Below are positions 48,409 through 58,119 of a DNA stretch of 64,000 bases, in pieces. The position numbers and the translations under genes were made by a program. This stretch comes from Bacteroidota bacterium (lineage in GTDB: Bacteria > Bacteroidota > Bacteroidia > Chitinophagales > Chitinophagaceae): the NCBI GenBank assembly GCA_041164585.1, contig JBEAPC010000254.1:4159-68158 (forward strand), read 5' to 3'. Position 1 is the stretch's first letter. Each line of letters opens with the position of its first letter. Under the pieces are notes generated by a model. That model saw only the letters and a program-made list of their open reading frames with translations. It was not told where the DNA came from and did no database searches.

Positions 48409-51400
48409 ATGATTGCTCCAAATAACCCCGAAAATGAAGTAGAAAGATTAAAAGCTTTAAGGAGTTATCGTGTTTTAGACACAGGGGAAGAGGAAAAATT
48501 TGATGATATTACTAGTTTAGCATCTTTCATTTGCCAAACACCAATCAGCTTAATTTCATTAGTTGATCATCAAAGGCAATATTTCAAATCACATTTGGGC
48601 TTGCAAATTTCTGAAACTAATAGGGAATATTCTTTTTGTGCACATGCCATCAATCATCCCCAAGAGTTATTTATAGTGCCGGATGCAAGATTGGATAACA
48701 GGTTTGATGATAATCCTTTAGTTACCGGATATCCAAATATTGTTTTTTATGCAGGGATCCCATTGGTAACTGACGAAGGTTTTGCGTTTGGTACCCTTTG
48801 CGTGGTAGACAATAAACCAAGAAGCCTTACAAAAGAGCAAAAAAATGCATTGAGTAAGTTAGCCAAACTGGTGATTCAAATTTTGGATGCAAGGCTTAAG
48901 AAAATTTTTGAAGAGGAGCTTAGATTATTTGATTTTACTTTCAGGAATTCTTCTATGGCTACTTATTATATTAAAAAGGATGCCAGTTTTTACGATTTTA
49001 ATGATGCCGGCTGTAAACAATTGGGCTATTCAAGAGAAGAATTTAACTCCCTAACAGTTTTTAATATTTTCATGGAAGTAGATGAAAATTGTTTTAGTTC
49101 TCGTTGGGATATTATGAAAGATAAGGGGCAACATATTTTTGATACGCAGCATAAAAGAAAAGACGGCAGTTTTATAGATGTAAATGTAATTTGCAATTAT
49201 GTAAAATTTGGGGAGATTGAACTGAATTGTAGTTATGTGTTGGATATCACAGAAAAAAAGCGGAAAGATGCTGAAATCAGATTTTTAGATCACGCCTTTA
49301 AAAATACTGATAATGCCATTTTTTTCTTGAAAAAAGATGGCACTATTTTGAACTGCAACAATGCCACAGCCAATGTATTAGGCTATGAACACGATGAGTT
49401 TTTTGGAAAAAATATCATGGACTTAAATCCATTGATAACAAATGAAAGCATAAACCAAGGATGGGAACTTCTAAAGAACAAACCTAATCAAACAATTGTT
49501 ACAAAATCTAAGAAAAAAGATGGAACATTAATTGATGTAGAAAGTAAAATCAACTTAATAGATTTGGAGGGTGAACAGGTGGCTTTTTGTTTATATTCAG
49601 ACATCACCGAAAAATTAAAGAAAGAAGTAGATATAAAACTTTCTGATTATACAATTTCAAATTCTTTATGGGGTATTGTTTATTTTCAAGAAGATGGCAG
49701 TATGTATAACTGCAATGATGCATTTGCAAAAATTTACGGTTACGATTCTATTGAAGATGCAATGAGATCAACAGTTTTTGATTTTGGAACTGCATCTACA
49801 CAAGAAGAATGGAAAAATTATTGGAATGAGATAAAGATACTCAAGAATTATAAGTACAACAGCAAAAGAAGAAGAAAGGATGGTGCAATAATAGACGTAG
49901 AAATTAATCCTAGTTATATAAAATTTGGGGATTTAGAATTGGCTTGTGTCTTTATATATGATATTTCCGAAAAGATAAAGGCAGAGGAAAGTTTAAAAAA
50001 TAGTATCGAACGTTTTGAATACGCACTACTTGCAACTTCTGATGTAATTTGGGAATATGATTTAATAAAGAGACAAGTTTTTATAAGTAAAAATTTCACC
50101 ACAATTTTTGGCCACCAGTTTGATGATGAGTGGATGCCAATGGAAAATAACCTTTTCCTACAAAATCTTCATCCCAGTGAATTAGAAGACGTTTTAAATA
50201 AACAACAAGCTTTAGCAACTGATCCTAATATAAAACATTGGCAAGGCGAATACCAACTCAGAAAATCTGATGGAAGCTATGCAAATGTGTTAAATAGGGC
50301 TTTTGGAATTAAAGACAAGAATGGGATACTTATAAAAGTAGTTGGGGCAATACAGGATATTTCCAAACGAAAAGAAGAGGAAGAAAGATTAAAACTAATG
50401 GATGCGGTTATTATGAATGCAAATGATTCTGTATTGATTACAGAAGCAGAGCCCATGGATGGAACAGGTACAAAAATACTGTTTGTAAATCCGGCTTTTG
50501 AAAGAATGACTGGCTATACCAAAGAAGAAGTAATTGGGAAACCACCTAGAATATTTCAAAATGAAGAAACAGATAAAAAGGAATTGAATAGACTAGGTAA
50601 GGCCATGAGGAATTGGGAAACATGTGAAATAACTGTGTTAAACTCACGAAAAAATGGTGAAAAATTTTGGGTCAACTTTCAAATAGTACCTATTGCTAAC
50701 CAAAAAGGCTGGTTTACACATTGGATTGCCGTAGAAAGAGACGTAACAAAACAAATAGAGTCAAATTTAGAAAAAGAAAAATTAGTAAAGGAATTAATAG
50801 AAAGCAACCTTGAATTAAAACAATTTAGTTATATCACATCTCATAATTTAAGGGCGCCATTAACTAATCTAGTTGCAGTTTGTGGTTTATTAAAAACAGA
50901 TAAAATTGCAGATGCTAGAACACTAAAATTGATTGATAGTTTTAAAATCTCAACCCACCGATTAAACGAAACATTGAATGACTTAATTGAGATTTTGATC
51001 ATTAAAGAAAATAGAAGTTTACAAACAAGTCAAATTGCATTTAGTGATGTCCTCAGAAAAACTAAAGATTCGCTTTCTATTTCACTTTTAGAAAATAAAG
51101 TGGAAGTTCAAGCAGACTTTTCTGAAGCGCCTAGTATAACTTTTACAAATGCTTACTTAGAAAGTATATTTATCAATCTCTTTACTAATGCAATAAAGTA
51201 TCGTCATACTGAAAGAGCTCCAGTTATTACAATTAAGTCATTTCTGGATTTAAACGGTGATACAAAACTTGTTTTTAATGATAATGGGAGTGGTATCAAT
51301 ATGATACACGCTAAAGACAAGATATTTGGTTTGTATAAGAAATTTCATTCAAATGCTGATAGTAAGGGAATTGGATTGTACTTAATTCACTCACAAATTA

Positions 51401-51474
51401 CAGCACTTGGTGGTACAATAGATGTGGAAAGTGAATTAAATATTGGAACCACATTTACAATAACTTTTAAATAA
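48409..51474 (+). CDS. Cytoplasmic GAF + five-PAS sensor histidine kinase
   Basis: E..RL.AL..Y..LDT GAF start, SFCAHAI; repeated KDG..IDV PAC motifs; [28 protein letters not shown]. Confidence 0.92.
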   Translation: MIAPNNPENEVERLKALRSYRVLDTGEEEKFDDITSLASFICQTPISLISLVDHQRQYFKSHLGLQISETNREYSFCAHAINHPQELFIVPDARLDNRFDDNPLVTGYPNIVFYAGIPLVTDEGFAFGTLCVVDNKPRSLTKEQKNALSKLAKLVIQILDARLKKIFEEELRLFDFTFRNSSMATYYIKKDASFYDFNDAGCKQLGYSREEFNSLTVFNIFMEVDENCFSSRWDIMKDKGQHIFDTQHKRKDGSFIDVNVICNYVKFGEIELNCSYVLDITEKKRKDAEIRFLDHAFKNTDNAIFFLKKDGTILNCNNATANVLGYEHDEFFGKNIMDLNPLITNESINQGWELLKNKPNQTIVTKSKKKDGTLIDVESKINLIDLEGEQVAFCLYSDITEKLKKEVDIKLSDYTISNSLWGIVYFQEDGSMYNCNDAFAKIYGYDSIEDAMRSTVFDFGTASTQEEWKNYWNEIKILKNYKYNSKRRRKDGAIIDVEINPSYIKFGDLELACVFIYDISEKIKAEESLKNSIERFEYALLATSDVIWEYDLIKRQVFISKNFTTIFGHQFDDEWMPMENNLFLQNLHPSELEDVLNKQQALATDPNIKHWQGEYQLRKSDGSYANVLNRAFGIKDKNGILIKVVGAIQDISKRKEEEERLKLMDAVIMNANDSVLITEAEPMDGTGTKILFVNPAFERMTGYTKEEVIGKPPRIFQNEETDKKELNRLGKAMRNWETCEITVLNSRKNGEKFWVNFQIVPIANQKGWFTHWIAVERDVTKQIESNLEKEKLVKELIESNLELKQFSYITSHNLRAPLTNLVAVCGLLKTDKIADARTLKLIDSFKISTHRLNETLNDLIEILIIKENRSLQTSQIAFSDVLRKTKDSLSISLLENKVEVQADFSEAPSITFTNAYLESIFINLFTNAIKYRHTERAPVITIKSFLDLNGDTKLVFNDNGSGINMIHAKDKIFGLYKKFHSNADSKGIGLYLIHSQITALGGTIDVESELNIGTTFTITFK

Positions 51475-51480
51475 ATTCCA

Positions 51481-51888
51481 ATGATAAAAACTGTTCTATC
51501 AATTGAAGATGATGATGTAACTCAATATTTAAACACTGAATATTTAGAGACCTTTGGTTTTTGCGAAAAAACTATAATGGCCAAAAATGGCTTTGAAGCC
51601 CTTGAAATTTTTAGAAAATTGGAAAACGGGGAACTGCCCATGGAGCATTTTCCGGAAGTAATTTTTCTTGACTTGAATATGCCAATGATGGATGGTTGGG
51701 AATTCTATAAAGTTTTTCTAAAAGATTTTCCACAGTTTAAAGAAAAGACCAAGATCTTCATTCTTTCATCAAGTATCAATCCTGTTGATGTAGTAAAAGC
51801 AAATCAAGATAATGGCATTGTTTCCTTTTTATCAAAACCTTTAATTGATGAAAATTTAAGGGTAGTAAATAGTTTATTGGGTATTTAA
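51481..51888 (+). CDS. Single-domain response regulator (CheY-like)
   Basis: IEDD, IFLDLNMPMMDG, ILSSS, SKPL. Confidence 0.9.
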   Translation: MIKTVLSIEDDDVTQYLNTEYLETFGFCEKTIMAKNGFEALEIFRKLENGELPMEHFPEVIFLDLNMPMMDGWEFYKVFLKDFPQFKEKTKIFILSSSINPVDVVKANQDNGIVSFLSKPLIDENLRVVNSLLGI

Positions 51889-51974
51889 TTAGTTGTGGTT
51901 TAAAAAATTTGCCAAACATCAAATAAGATTACTTTAATAAGCAATACTGAAATATTTATATTTAGTAGGGTTAA

Positions 51975-52439
51975 TTATTTAGCAATATACGCTGGAAAAA
52001 AGACAGAAAAACTGCTACCCACATCTAAAATACTTTCCACTTCAATTTTACCTTTCATTGCTTCTATTTGAATTTTAGTAATGTATAAACTAATGCCCTT
52101 TGTATCTTTATTTCTATGAAATGTTTTATACAAACCAAACAAAAGTTTCCTATTTTTCTGCATATCAATACCAATTCCATTATCAGTAACAGTTAATACC
52201 TTATAGTTTTCATTTATAGATAATCTTATAATGATTTCAGGTACCCTTAATTCTGACTTGTACTTAATGGCATTTGTTATTAGGTTTAACAATATGCTAT
52301 CTAAATAAGCAGGGTTAGAATATATAATATCATCAGCACATTCTTGAACATAGCTAATTTTCACATTTGACTCCTTGATAATGCTACTTAGGCTATTTTC
52401 AAGCCATCTATTATACAAAAGCTGGTTTTCTTGCTTCAT
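51975..52439 (-). pseudogene. Histidine-kinase remnant (HATPase_c only)
   Basis: NLITNAIKY and DNGIGI present; G2 box degenerate (KGISLY vs KGIGLY); no H-box or sensor. Confidence 0.65.
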
Positions 52440-52585
52440 TAACTATAAGACTAGGCCATTATTTATTTTGGCATATTCTTCTAGGGATCTACGTTCAATA
52501 TATTGAATTGGTCAAGTAGATAGATGCGTTTTAAAATGATGCAGATGTTTTATACGAATGATTCGTTAACCAATAAGAAATTACA

Positions 52586-52975
52586 TTAATCATGCTTTTT
52601 TTGTACCCTTGCAACTAATGTAGCATCAATTAACTCTAAGGATAATACCATGTCCTTTACTGTTTCCTTGTATTTCTTAAAATGGGGCGTTACAATATGG
52701 GATTGATAGGCTTCAAGACTTGCGTACTCTTCTAATATAGTTATTTGTGTTGCATCCTTTTTGTCTGCAACTACATTATATGACAAGACCCCAGGTTCTA
52801 ATTTTATGGCTGTATTCATCTGTTCTTTTAAGGCCAATGTATATTTAGCTAATTGAGCAGGGTCTATCTTAATTTTTGCAATTCTGTACATTTTATTGCC
52901 GTCTTGTGCATTTGAATTAAAACTATACAGGGTCAATAAACCTATAAATAACGTAGTGTGTAGGATTCGATTCAT
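52586..52975 (-). CDS. ABM-family (putative quinol monooxygenase) protein with signal peptide
   Basis: EPGVL.Y, ILE.YA...AY..H..TPHF.KYK. Confidence 0.8.
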   Translation of the reverse strand: MNRILHTTLFIGLLTLYSFNSNAQDGNKMYRIAKIKIDPAQLAKYTLALKEQMNTAIKLEPGVLSYNVVADKKDATQITILEEYASLEAYQSHIVTPHFKKYKETVKDMVLSLELIDATLVARVQKKHD

Positions 52976-52981
52976 GTGTAA

Positions 52982-53023
52982 AATAAAAAAAGGTTACACT
53001 TTAAAAGTATAACCTTTTTTATT
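52982..53023. terminator. Terminator downstream of the tRNA
   Basis: AATAAAAAAAGGTTA..ACTTT/AAAGT..TAACCTTTTTTATT hairpin. Confidence 0.75.
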
Positions 53024-53029
53024 CTGTTG

Positions 53030-53103
53030 CTCCCCAATCAGGACTTGAACCTGAGACCCTCTGATTAACAGTCAGATGCTCTAACCAACTGAGCTATTGA
53101 GGA
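53030..53103 (-). tRNA. tRNA-Asn (GTT), CCA not encoded
   Basis: Reverse complement TCCTCAATAGCTCAGTTGGTTAGAGCATCTGACTGTTAATCAGAGGGTCTCAGGTTCAAGTCCTGATTGGGGAG folds as a cloverleaf with GTT anticodon and TTC arm. Confidence 0.97.
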
Positions 53104-53136
53104 GTGTTCCATTTCCGATTTCTCGTTAATGGGCAG

Positions 53137-53166
53137 CAAAAATAGGGAAAAATGGTTAGCAACAAA
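53137..53166 (-). promoter_or_regulatory. Bacteroidota housekeeping promoter for the tRNA
   Basis: -7 box TATTTTTG (TAnnTTTG) at 53144-53137 and TTTG 18 nt further upstream. Confidence 0.6.
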
Positions 53167-53183
53167 ATTTCCACTCAAAAAAA

Positions 53184-53537
53184 TTACCAATTAAATAGAC
53201 TGGATTCCGGAATTCCTATAAATAATCCCTCTTCACGCTGTTCCACGGGGTAGGTTTTTAGATAATAACCCTCGCCACTGGTGTTCCTTCCATTACGGGT
53301 ATCAAACTTGAACCGGTGGAGGGGGCAGACAATCTTTCCTGTGGCGTCTAGGAAGCCCTCAGACATGATGCCACCAGAATGGGGGCACTTGTGTGCACAG
53401 GCGCTTATCTGACCCTCAAATAGGCTTAAAGTAATGGTCTTGCCAGCCACTTCTACCTGAGCTAACTGATTGGGTTTCCATGGAATAGCAGTTGCCGATA
53501 AGGCCAATAAATGCCATTGATAGCTTTTCTCAGCCAT
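53184..53537 (-). CDS. Rieske [2Fe-2S] ferredoxin
   Basis: CPH...CPLH motif. Confidence 0.9.
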   Translation of the reverse strand: MAEKSYQWHLLALSATAIPWKPNQLAQVEVAGKTITLSLFEGQISACAHKCPHSGGIMSEGFLDATGKIVCPLHRFKFDTRNGRNTSGEGYYLKTYPVEQREEGLFIGIPESSLFNW

Positions 53538-53540
53538 GCA

Positions 53541-54728
53541 TTAATACAATTGGGTTCTATAGGGATAACGCACTTGGTACTGGTTACGTACTTTCTCCAA
53601 GATCTGACCACGTAGGGCTTCAATATTGTTCTTCTCCACCGCAGAAACAAATACGCAATTGTTATTGGTAATCTGGTCCCATTTGTCTTTCAAATCTTGT
53701 AGAATCTCTTCTTTTACGCCGTCTTCTAACCATTCGTCAAAAGTGCGCTCTGCATAGAGATCCATCTTATTGAAAATGGTGAGAATAGGCTTTTCAAAGG
53801 CTTTTAATTCCTGCAAAGTCTTGTTCACCACGCCAATCTGGTCTTCATACTGGGGGTGAGATACGTCTACAACGTGCAACAAAATATCGGCTTCTCTAAC
53901 CTCATCAAGGGTGCTCTTAAAGCTCTCTACCAAGTGGTGAGGCAGTTTTCGGATAAACCCTACCGTATCGCTCAGCAAAAAAGGGGTGTTTTCAAATACT
54001 ATTTTGCGTGTAGTGGTATCAAGGGTTGCAAAAAGTTTGTTCTCGGCAAACACATCGCTCTTGCTCAATAGATTCATAAGCGTGCTCTTGCCCACGTTGG
54101 TATAACCCACCAAGGCTACGCGAATAAACTCGCCTCTTTCCTTACGTTGAGTAAATGCCTGTTTGTCTATCTCGCCCAAGCGTTTGCGCAGGAGCGATAT
54201 CTTGTCCTTTACAATCCTTCTATCTGTTTCAATCTCGGTTTCACCAGGACCTCTTGATCCAATTCCACCTCCCTGACGTTCCAAGTGAGTCCACATACCT
54301 TTTAATCGCGGCAGCAAATATTGGTATTGGGCCAACTCTACCTGTACCTTGGATTGCGCCGTGCGGGCGCGATTGGCAAAAATGTCAAGGATCAAATCAC
54401 TCCGGTCAATGGTTTTAACCTTGAGTTCTTTTTCAATATTCAATAACTGGGAACCGGTGAGTTCATCGTCAAAAATGACCAGGGTAATATTGCGGCCATT
54501 CAAATAATCCTTGATTTCTTCTAGCTTACCCTTACCCACAAAAGTCCTACTATCGGGGTGGGGCAAACGTTGGGTAAATCGCTTTACGGTAGTGGCTCCG
54601 GCTGTTTCCGCTAGGAATTGCAACTCGTCTAAATATTCAGTAACCTGTTCTTGGGTATTTTCCTTTTGAATCAAACCCACCAGAACGGCATTCTGCTCTA
54701 CTTTTAATCCTTGTTTTTTCTCAATCAA
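53541..54728 (-). CDS. hflX: Ribosome-splitting GTPase HflX
   Basis: ILDIFA.RA, QVELAQ.QY.LPRL, GPGETEIETDRR, GYTNVGKST, LFATLD, DTVGFI, NKMD. Confidence 0.97.
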   Translation of the reverse strand: MIEKKQGLKVEQNAVLVGLIQKENTQEQVTEYLDELQFLAETAGATTVKRFTQRLPHPDSRTFVGKGKLEEIKDYLNGRNITLVIFDDELTGSQLLNIEKELKVKTIDRSDLILDIFANRARTAQSKVQVELAQYQYLLPRLKGMWTHLERQGGGIGSRGPGETEIETDRRIVKDKISLLRKRLGEIDKQAFTQRKERGEFIRVALVGYTNVGKSTLMNLLSKSDVFAENKLFATLDTTTRKIVFENTPFLLSDTVGFIRKLPHHLVESFKSTLDEVREADILLHVVDVSHPQYEDQIGVVNKTLQELKAFEKPILTIFNKMDLYAERTFDEWLEDGVKEEILQDLKDKWDQITNNNCVFVSAVEKNNIEALRGQILEKVRNQYQVRYPYRTQLY

Positions 54729-54769
54729 CGCTAAAACTATTTTGACAAAGGTAGCCCTAGTGGGGGGAT

Positions 54770-54803
54770 AAAAGAAAGCCCCCGTTATATTTTAACGGAG
54801 GCT
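54770..54803 (-). terminator. Terminator after the outer-membrane barrel gene
   Basis: AGCC.CCGTTA...TAACGG.GGCT hairpin with an A-run on its left. Confidence 0.6.
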
Positions 54804-54824
54804 CCAAATATTTGAAAAAACGGA

Positions 54825-55565
54825 TTATAAACCGCTGATAGTCAATCCAAATGTGTAACGGTTCATGACTGGACCGGTACCATCTTTCAAAACACCTAGT
54901 ATATAATAGCTAGCATCAAAAGAAACTATGCCATATCCAAAACGTCCGGTTACAGCCAAACTAGTACCATTTAAGAAGCGTTTATTGCTCTCTTTTTGTA
55001 CATAAGTATTGCCATAAATGGTTTGACCATTTTTGTTTACATAGTTTTTAGCCTTGGTATAAGACTTTAGCAAAGTACCCACTTTCACGCCCAAAGCAGC
55101 TTTCCAAGAACTTCCTGGACGCTCTGGGTCAGAGAAATACCTTAGTTCTACAGGAGCTTCTAAATAAAGGGTGGTAAGTTTAAATTTATTAAAATGGTCT
55201 ACGCTATCTACATTGGTAAATGGTAACCTTGCGCTATTGGCTTTCAAGTTCACATAGGTGTTACTGAAAAACATATTGCTACTTCCAATACCAGCTCCAA
55301 GTCCTAGACTATAGTGAGGGTTGGTTTTGAAAGGCTTATCCAACATGAAATAGAAGTTGAAATGTCTGCTAAAGCCGCTGGTATTAACACTATCCGGACG
55401 GCCTGACCAAGCATCCATGCCATACTGTATCATAAAATGGTCAGCTGGTCTGCTTGAAAGGTCAACTTTTGACCAGTCCTTCTTTGGTTTGGTTGGATTC
55501 AAGCTTTGAGCCTGAGACAAAAAGGCAACAGTTATTCCCAAAAGCAATAAAAAAGTCTGTTTCAT
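54825..55565 (-). CDS. Outer-membrane beta-barrel (porin-family) protein
   Basis: Signal peptide; YLEAPVELRY, alternating beta strands. Confidence 0.75.
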   Translation of the reverse strand: MKQTFLLLLGITVAFLSQAQSLNPTKPKKDWSKVDLSSRPADHFMIQYGMDAWSGRPDSVNTSGFSRHFNFYFMLDKPFKTNPHYSLGLGAGIGSSNMFFSNTYVNLKANSARLPFTNVDSVDHFNKFKLTTLYLEAPVELRYFSDPERPGSSWKAALGVKVGTLLKSYTKAKNYVNKNGQTIYGNTYVQKESNKRFLNGTSLAVTGRFGYGIVSFDASYYILGVLKDGTGPVMNRYTFGLTISGL

Positions 55566-55740
55566 GTATCTGAATTAATGACGCGTTTCCGCACTAAGTG
55601 CGCAAAAATAATAGAAAAGCCTGCAAGGACTGGTTAAAAATTAGGTAAATCGTATTCATTTGGCAATTTAATACACTATAAAGCCATAAATGAGCCGTAA
55701 TTCTTTAATTTACAACCGAACTAATAGAAAAACCGGCGGA

Positions 55741-56556
55741 ATGAAGAATGATTTTTTAAAGGGTAAGCGAATCTTGATAGCGGAGGATGATTTTGTAAAC
55801 CAGAAATTGATCATGCATTCTATGCAGGCAACAGGTGCTCAATTCACCATTGCCGGAAATGGTGCGGAAGCCATTGAATGTTTATTAGAAAACGACTTTG
55901 ACCTGATCTTGATGGACATTAATATGCCCGAGATGGATGGTTTTGAAGCAACAGAATACATAAGAAAGACTTTGAAAAGCAATATTCCCATTATTGCCAT
56001 GACCGGATGGAGTAGTAAGGAAGATACCAACAAATTTGAGCGAGTGGGTATGAATGGCGCCCTTCCCAAACCATTTGGATTAGACGCTTTATACAAAACC
56101 TTGGACGATATTTTAATTGCACAAATTTCTGTTCCGGTAATTACGCCTGCAGAACCAGAGCCTAAACCTGTTGCTGTTCAAAATTTTGTACAAGATGAAG
56201 ATGAGGATGACATGCCCTTGGTAGACCTGACCATGTTGAATGAATTATCTGAAAGCGACAACGAATACAAGAAGACCATTATCAATATGTTTTTGGAAAC
56301 CATGCCAGAAACCATTCAACAAATTGACAGGGAATTTGCCAATGAAAACTGGGATGCATTTTCCAAAGCAGCCCACTATGCCAAATCATCTCTTTCCGTA
56401 ATCAATGTAGAAAGTCTGCGTCTATTGGTTGGCAAAATGGAAATGTATGCCAAGAAATTGGAGCATCTTGACCAATTAGAAGGTATGGTAAAACAGATGA
56501 AAGAGCAATATGCTAAAGTAGTTACCATTCTAGAAGCTGAAATGAATAAATACTAA
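55741..56556 (+). CDS. Receiver + Hpt phosphorelay protein (start 55741 or 55690)
   Basis: AEDD, ILMDINMP, AMTG, KPF; Pro/acidic linker; Hpt AAHYAKSS. Confidence 0.85.
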   Translation: MKNDFLKGKRILIAEDDFVNQKLIMHSMQATGAQFTIAGNGAEAIECLLENDFDLILMDINMPEMDGFEATEYIRKTLKSNIPIIAMTGWSSKEDTNKFERVGMNGALPKPFGLDALYKTLDDILIAQISVPVITPAEPEPKPVAVQNFVQDEDEDDMPLVDLTMLNELSESDNEYKKTIINMFLETMPETIQQIDREFANENWDAFSKAAHYAKSSLSVINVESLRLLVGKMEMYAKKLEHLDQLEGMVKQMKEQYAKVVTILEAEMNKY

Positions 56557-56632
56557 TATTTGCTACTCCCAGAAATAATTCTGATTCAGTGTAGCGGTTT
56601 CTCAATTGTCTTTAATCCCTCTAAGGCAGCCC

Positions 56633-57010
56633 ATGAAAAAACTGTTGATAGTAGAACAAGAAGCAGTGATTCTTGAAATTCTGAATCAACGTTTTTTGGC
56701 TGATGGCTGGAAAACTGCTTGTTGTTCAGATGGTAAAACGGCCATGGAATTAATGGACAGCTTTCAGCCAAACCTAATGCTTACCAATATCCTGATCCCA
56801 TTTTACAGTGGTATTGAATTATTACAAGCAGCAAGGGCCAAGTCAAATCCTATTGAGGTAGTTATGCTGGCACTTTTGATAGACGATGCCGTTAAAAAAC
56901 AGTGTTTTGAAATGGGTGGAGCAGCCTATTTGACCAAACCTTTTGACTTGGAAATATTGCTCCAAGAACTGAACAAAATTGCCCAAACCAAACAATCTGA
57001 GTTGTATTGA
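56633..57010 (+). CDS. Atypical single-domain response regulator (pseudo-receiver)
   Basis: REC pattern with KPF, but VEQE instead of EDD, LTNIL instead of xxDxx, MLAL instead of xLS/T. Confidence 0.8.
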   Translation: MKKLLIVEQEAVILEILNQRFLADGWKTACCSDGKTAMELMDSFQPNLMLTNILIPFYSGIELLQAARAKSNPIEVVMLALLIDDAVKKQCFEMGGAAYLTKPFDLEILLQELNKIAQTKQSELY

Positions 57011-58119
57011 TTCAGATCTTGTCAAATATAATTTCTGTAAATGGGTTATTGAATATAGCCGTATCCATTAAGTTCTTACAAAATGGAACGGTTGTGGCGT
57101 TGATCTCATGTTTCATAGTTTTATTGGTCATCCTTGGATTTGTTTTGGTAAGAAGAATTAGAAGACGCAAAAGAGTTAGATTTCAAAAATTGTTTAGACA
57201 TTGGTTAGCAGATGCAATTACCAATAGGGTATTGGCTCCAGATAAAAACTTTATCATCAGCATTCAATTGGAAAAATTACTGTTGAAAAAGTATTACCGA
57301 TTACTGGCATTGGATGAGTTGTTAATCTGCAAAAAATATTTGAAAGGCAATGCCATGAATGTGGTAGTGCAACTATATGAGCAATTGCAACTAAGAAAGG
57401 AAACGGACAAAAAACTCAACAGCCGAATTTGGAGCAGGGTTGTAAAGGGCATACAAGAGATTTATATTTTTGACCAGTATGATGCAATGGATCAGTTATT
57501 TGCATTTGCAGATAATGAAAACCCATTTATTAGATCAGAAGCCCAATTTGGGGTAGTGAACCTTCAAGGCTTTGAGGCTTTGAAATTTCTTAAACGCGTT
57601 CATAATAGCCTCAGTGATTGGGACCATATTAACTTATTACACCAATTAAACTTGTTTGAGCCAAAACCTTTGAATGAAATGCCGGAATGGTTGCTCTTGG
57701 AAAATGAATCTGTTGTTTTGTTTGCACTAAAATTATTAGAAGCTTATCCGGATGAACAATATTATCCCAACCTGATTGCCTGTTTGCATCATAATAATGA
57801 AACCATACGTAAACAAGTCATTCGTTGCTGTGGTATCATAGCACAATATGATACTGCCACTTTATTAGAGGAACAATTTTCAAAAGAGCATATCAACAAC
57901 CAGATAAAGATAATAGAGACATTAAAAAAAATAGCTGCTACTCCAAGCAAGGAATTCTTATTAAATAACTTGGAGCATCCAGATGATAGAATCAAGCAAT
58001 TGACTGCAGAATTGATTGCTTCAACATTCCCAATGGATGTTGAATCTATGCTTTTGTCAAATCAAGAGAATGCTCATCAGCGTCATCAATTAATTAAACA
58101 CGTACAAGCCCTTGCATGA
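57007..58119 (+). CDS. Membrane-anchored HEAT-repeat protein
   Basis: One TM helix followed by RRIRRRKR; helical repeats (L.H.NE.IRKQ, L.HPDDRIK); 4-nt overlaps with both neighbours. Confidence 0.8.
   Translation: MIQILSNIISVNGLLNIAVSIKFLQNGTVVALISCFIVLLVILGFVLVRRIRRRKRVRFQKLFRHWLADAITNRVLAPDKNFIISIQLEKLLLKKYYRLLALDELLICKKYLKGNAMNVVVQLYEQLQLRKETDKKLNSRIWSRVVKGIQEIYIFDQYDAMDQLFAFADNENPFIRSEAQFGVVNLQGFEALKFLKRVHNSLSDWDHINLLHQLNLFEPKPLNEMPEWLLLENESVVLFALKLLEAYPDEQYYPNLIACLHHNNETIRKQVIRCCGIIAQYDTATLLEEQFSKEHINNQIKIIETLKKIAATPSKEFLLNNLEHPDDRIKQLTAELIASTFPMDVESMLLSNQENAHQRHQLIKHVQALA

Noticed and set aside
50400-50750. Last PAS of the large kinase resembles a LOV domain ([11 protein letters not shown]...EVIG..RIFQ...N.RKNGEKFW)
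   Set aside because: Reads GKPPRIFQ where LOV has GRNCRFLQ; the photoactive Cys is absent
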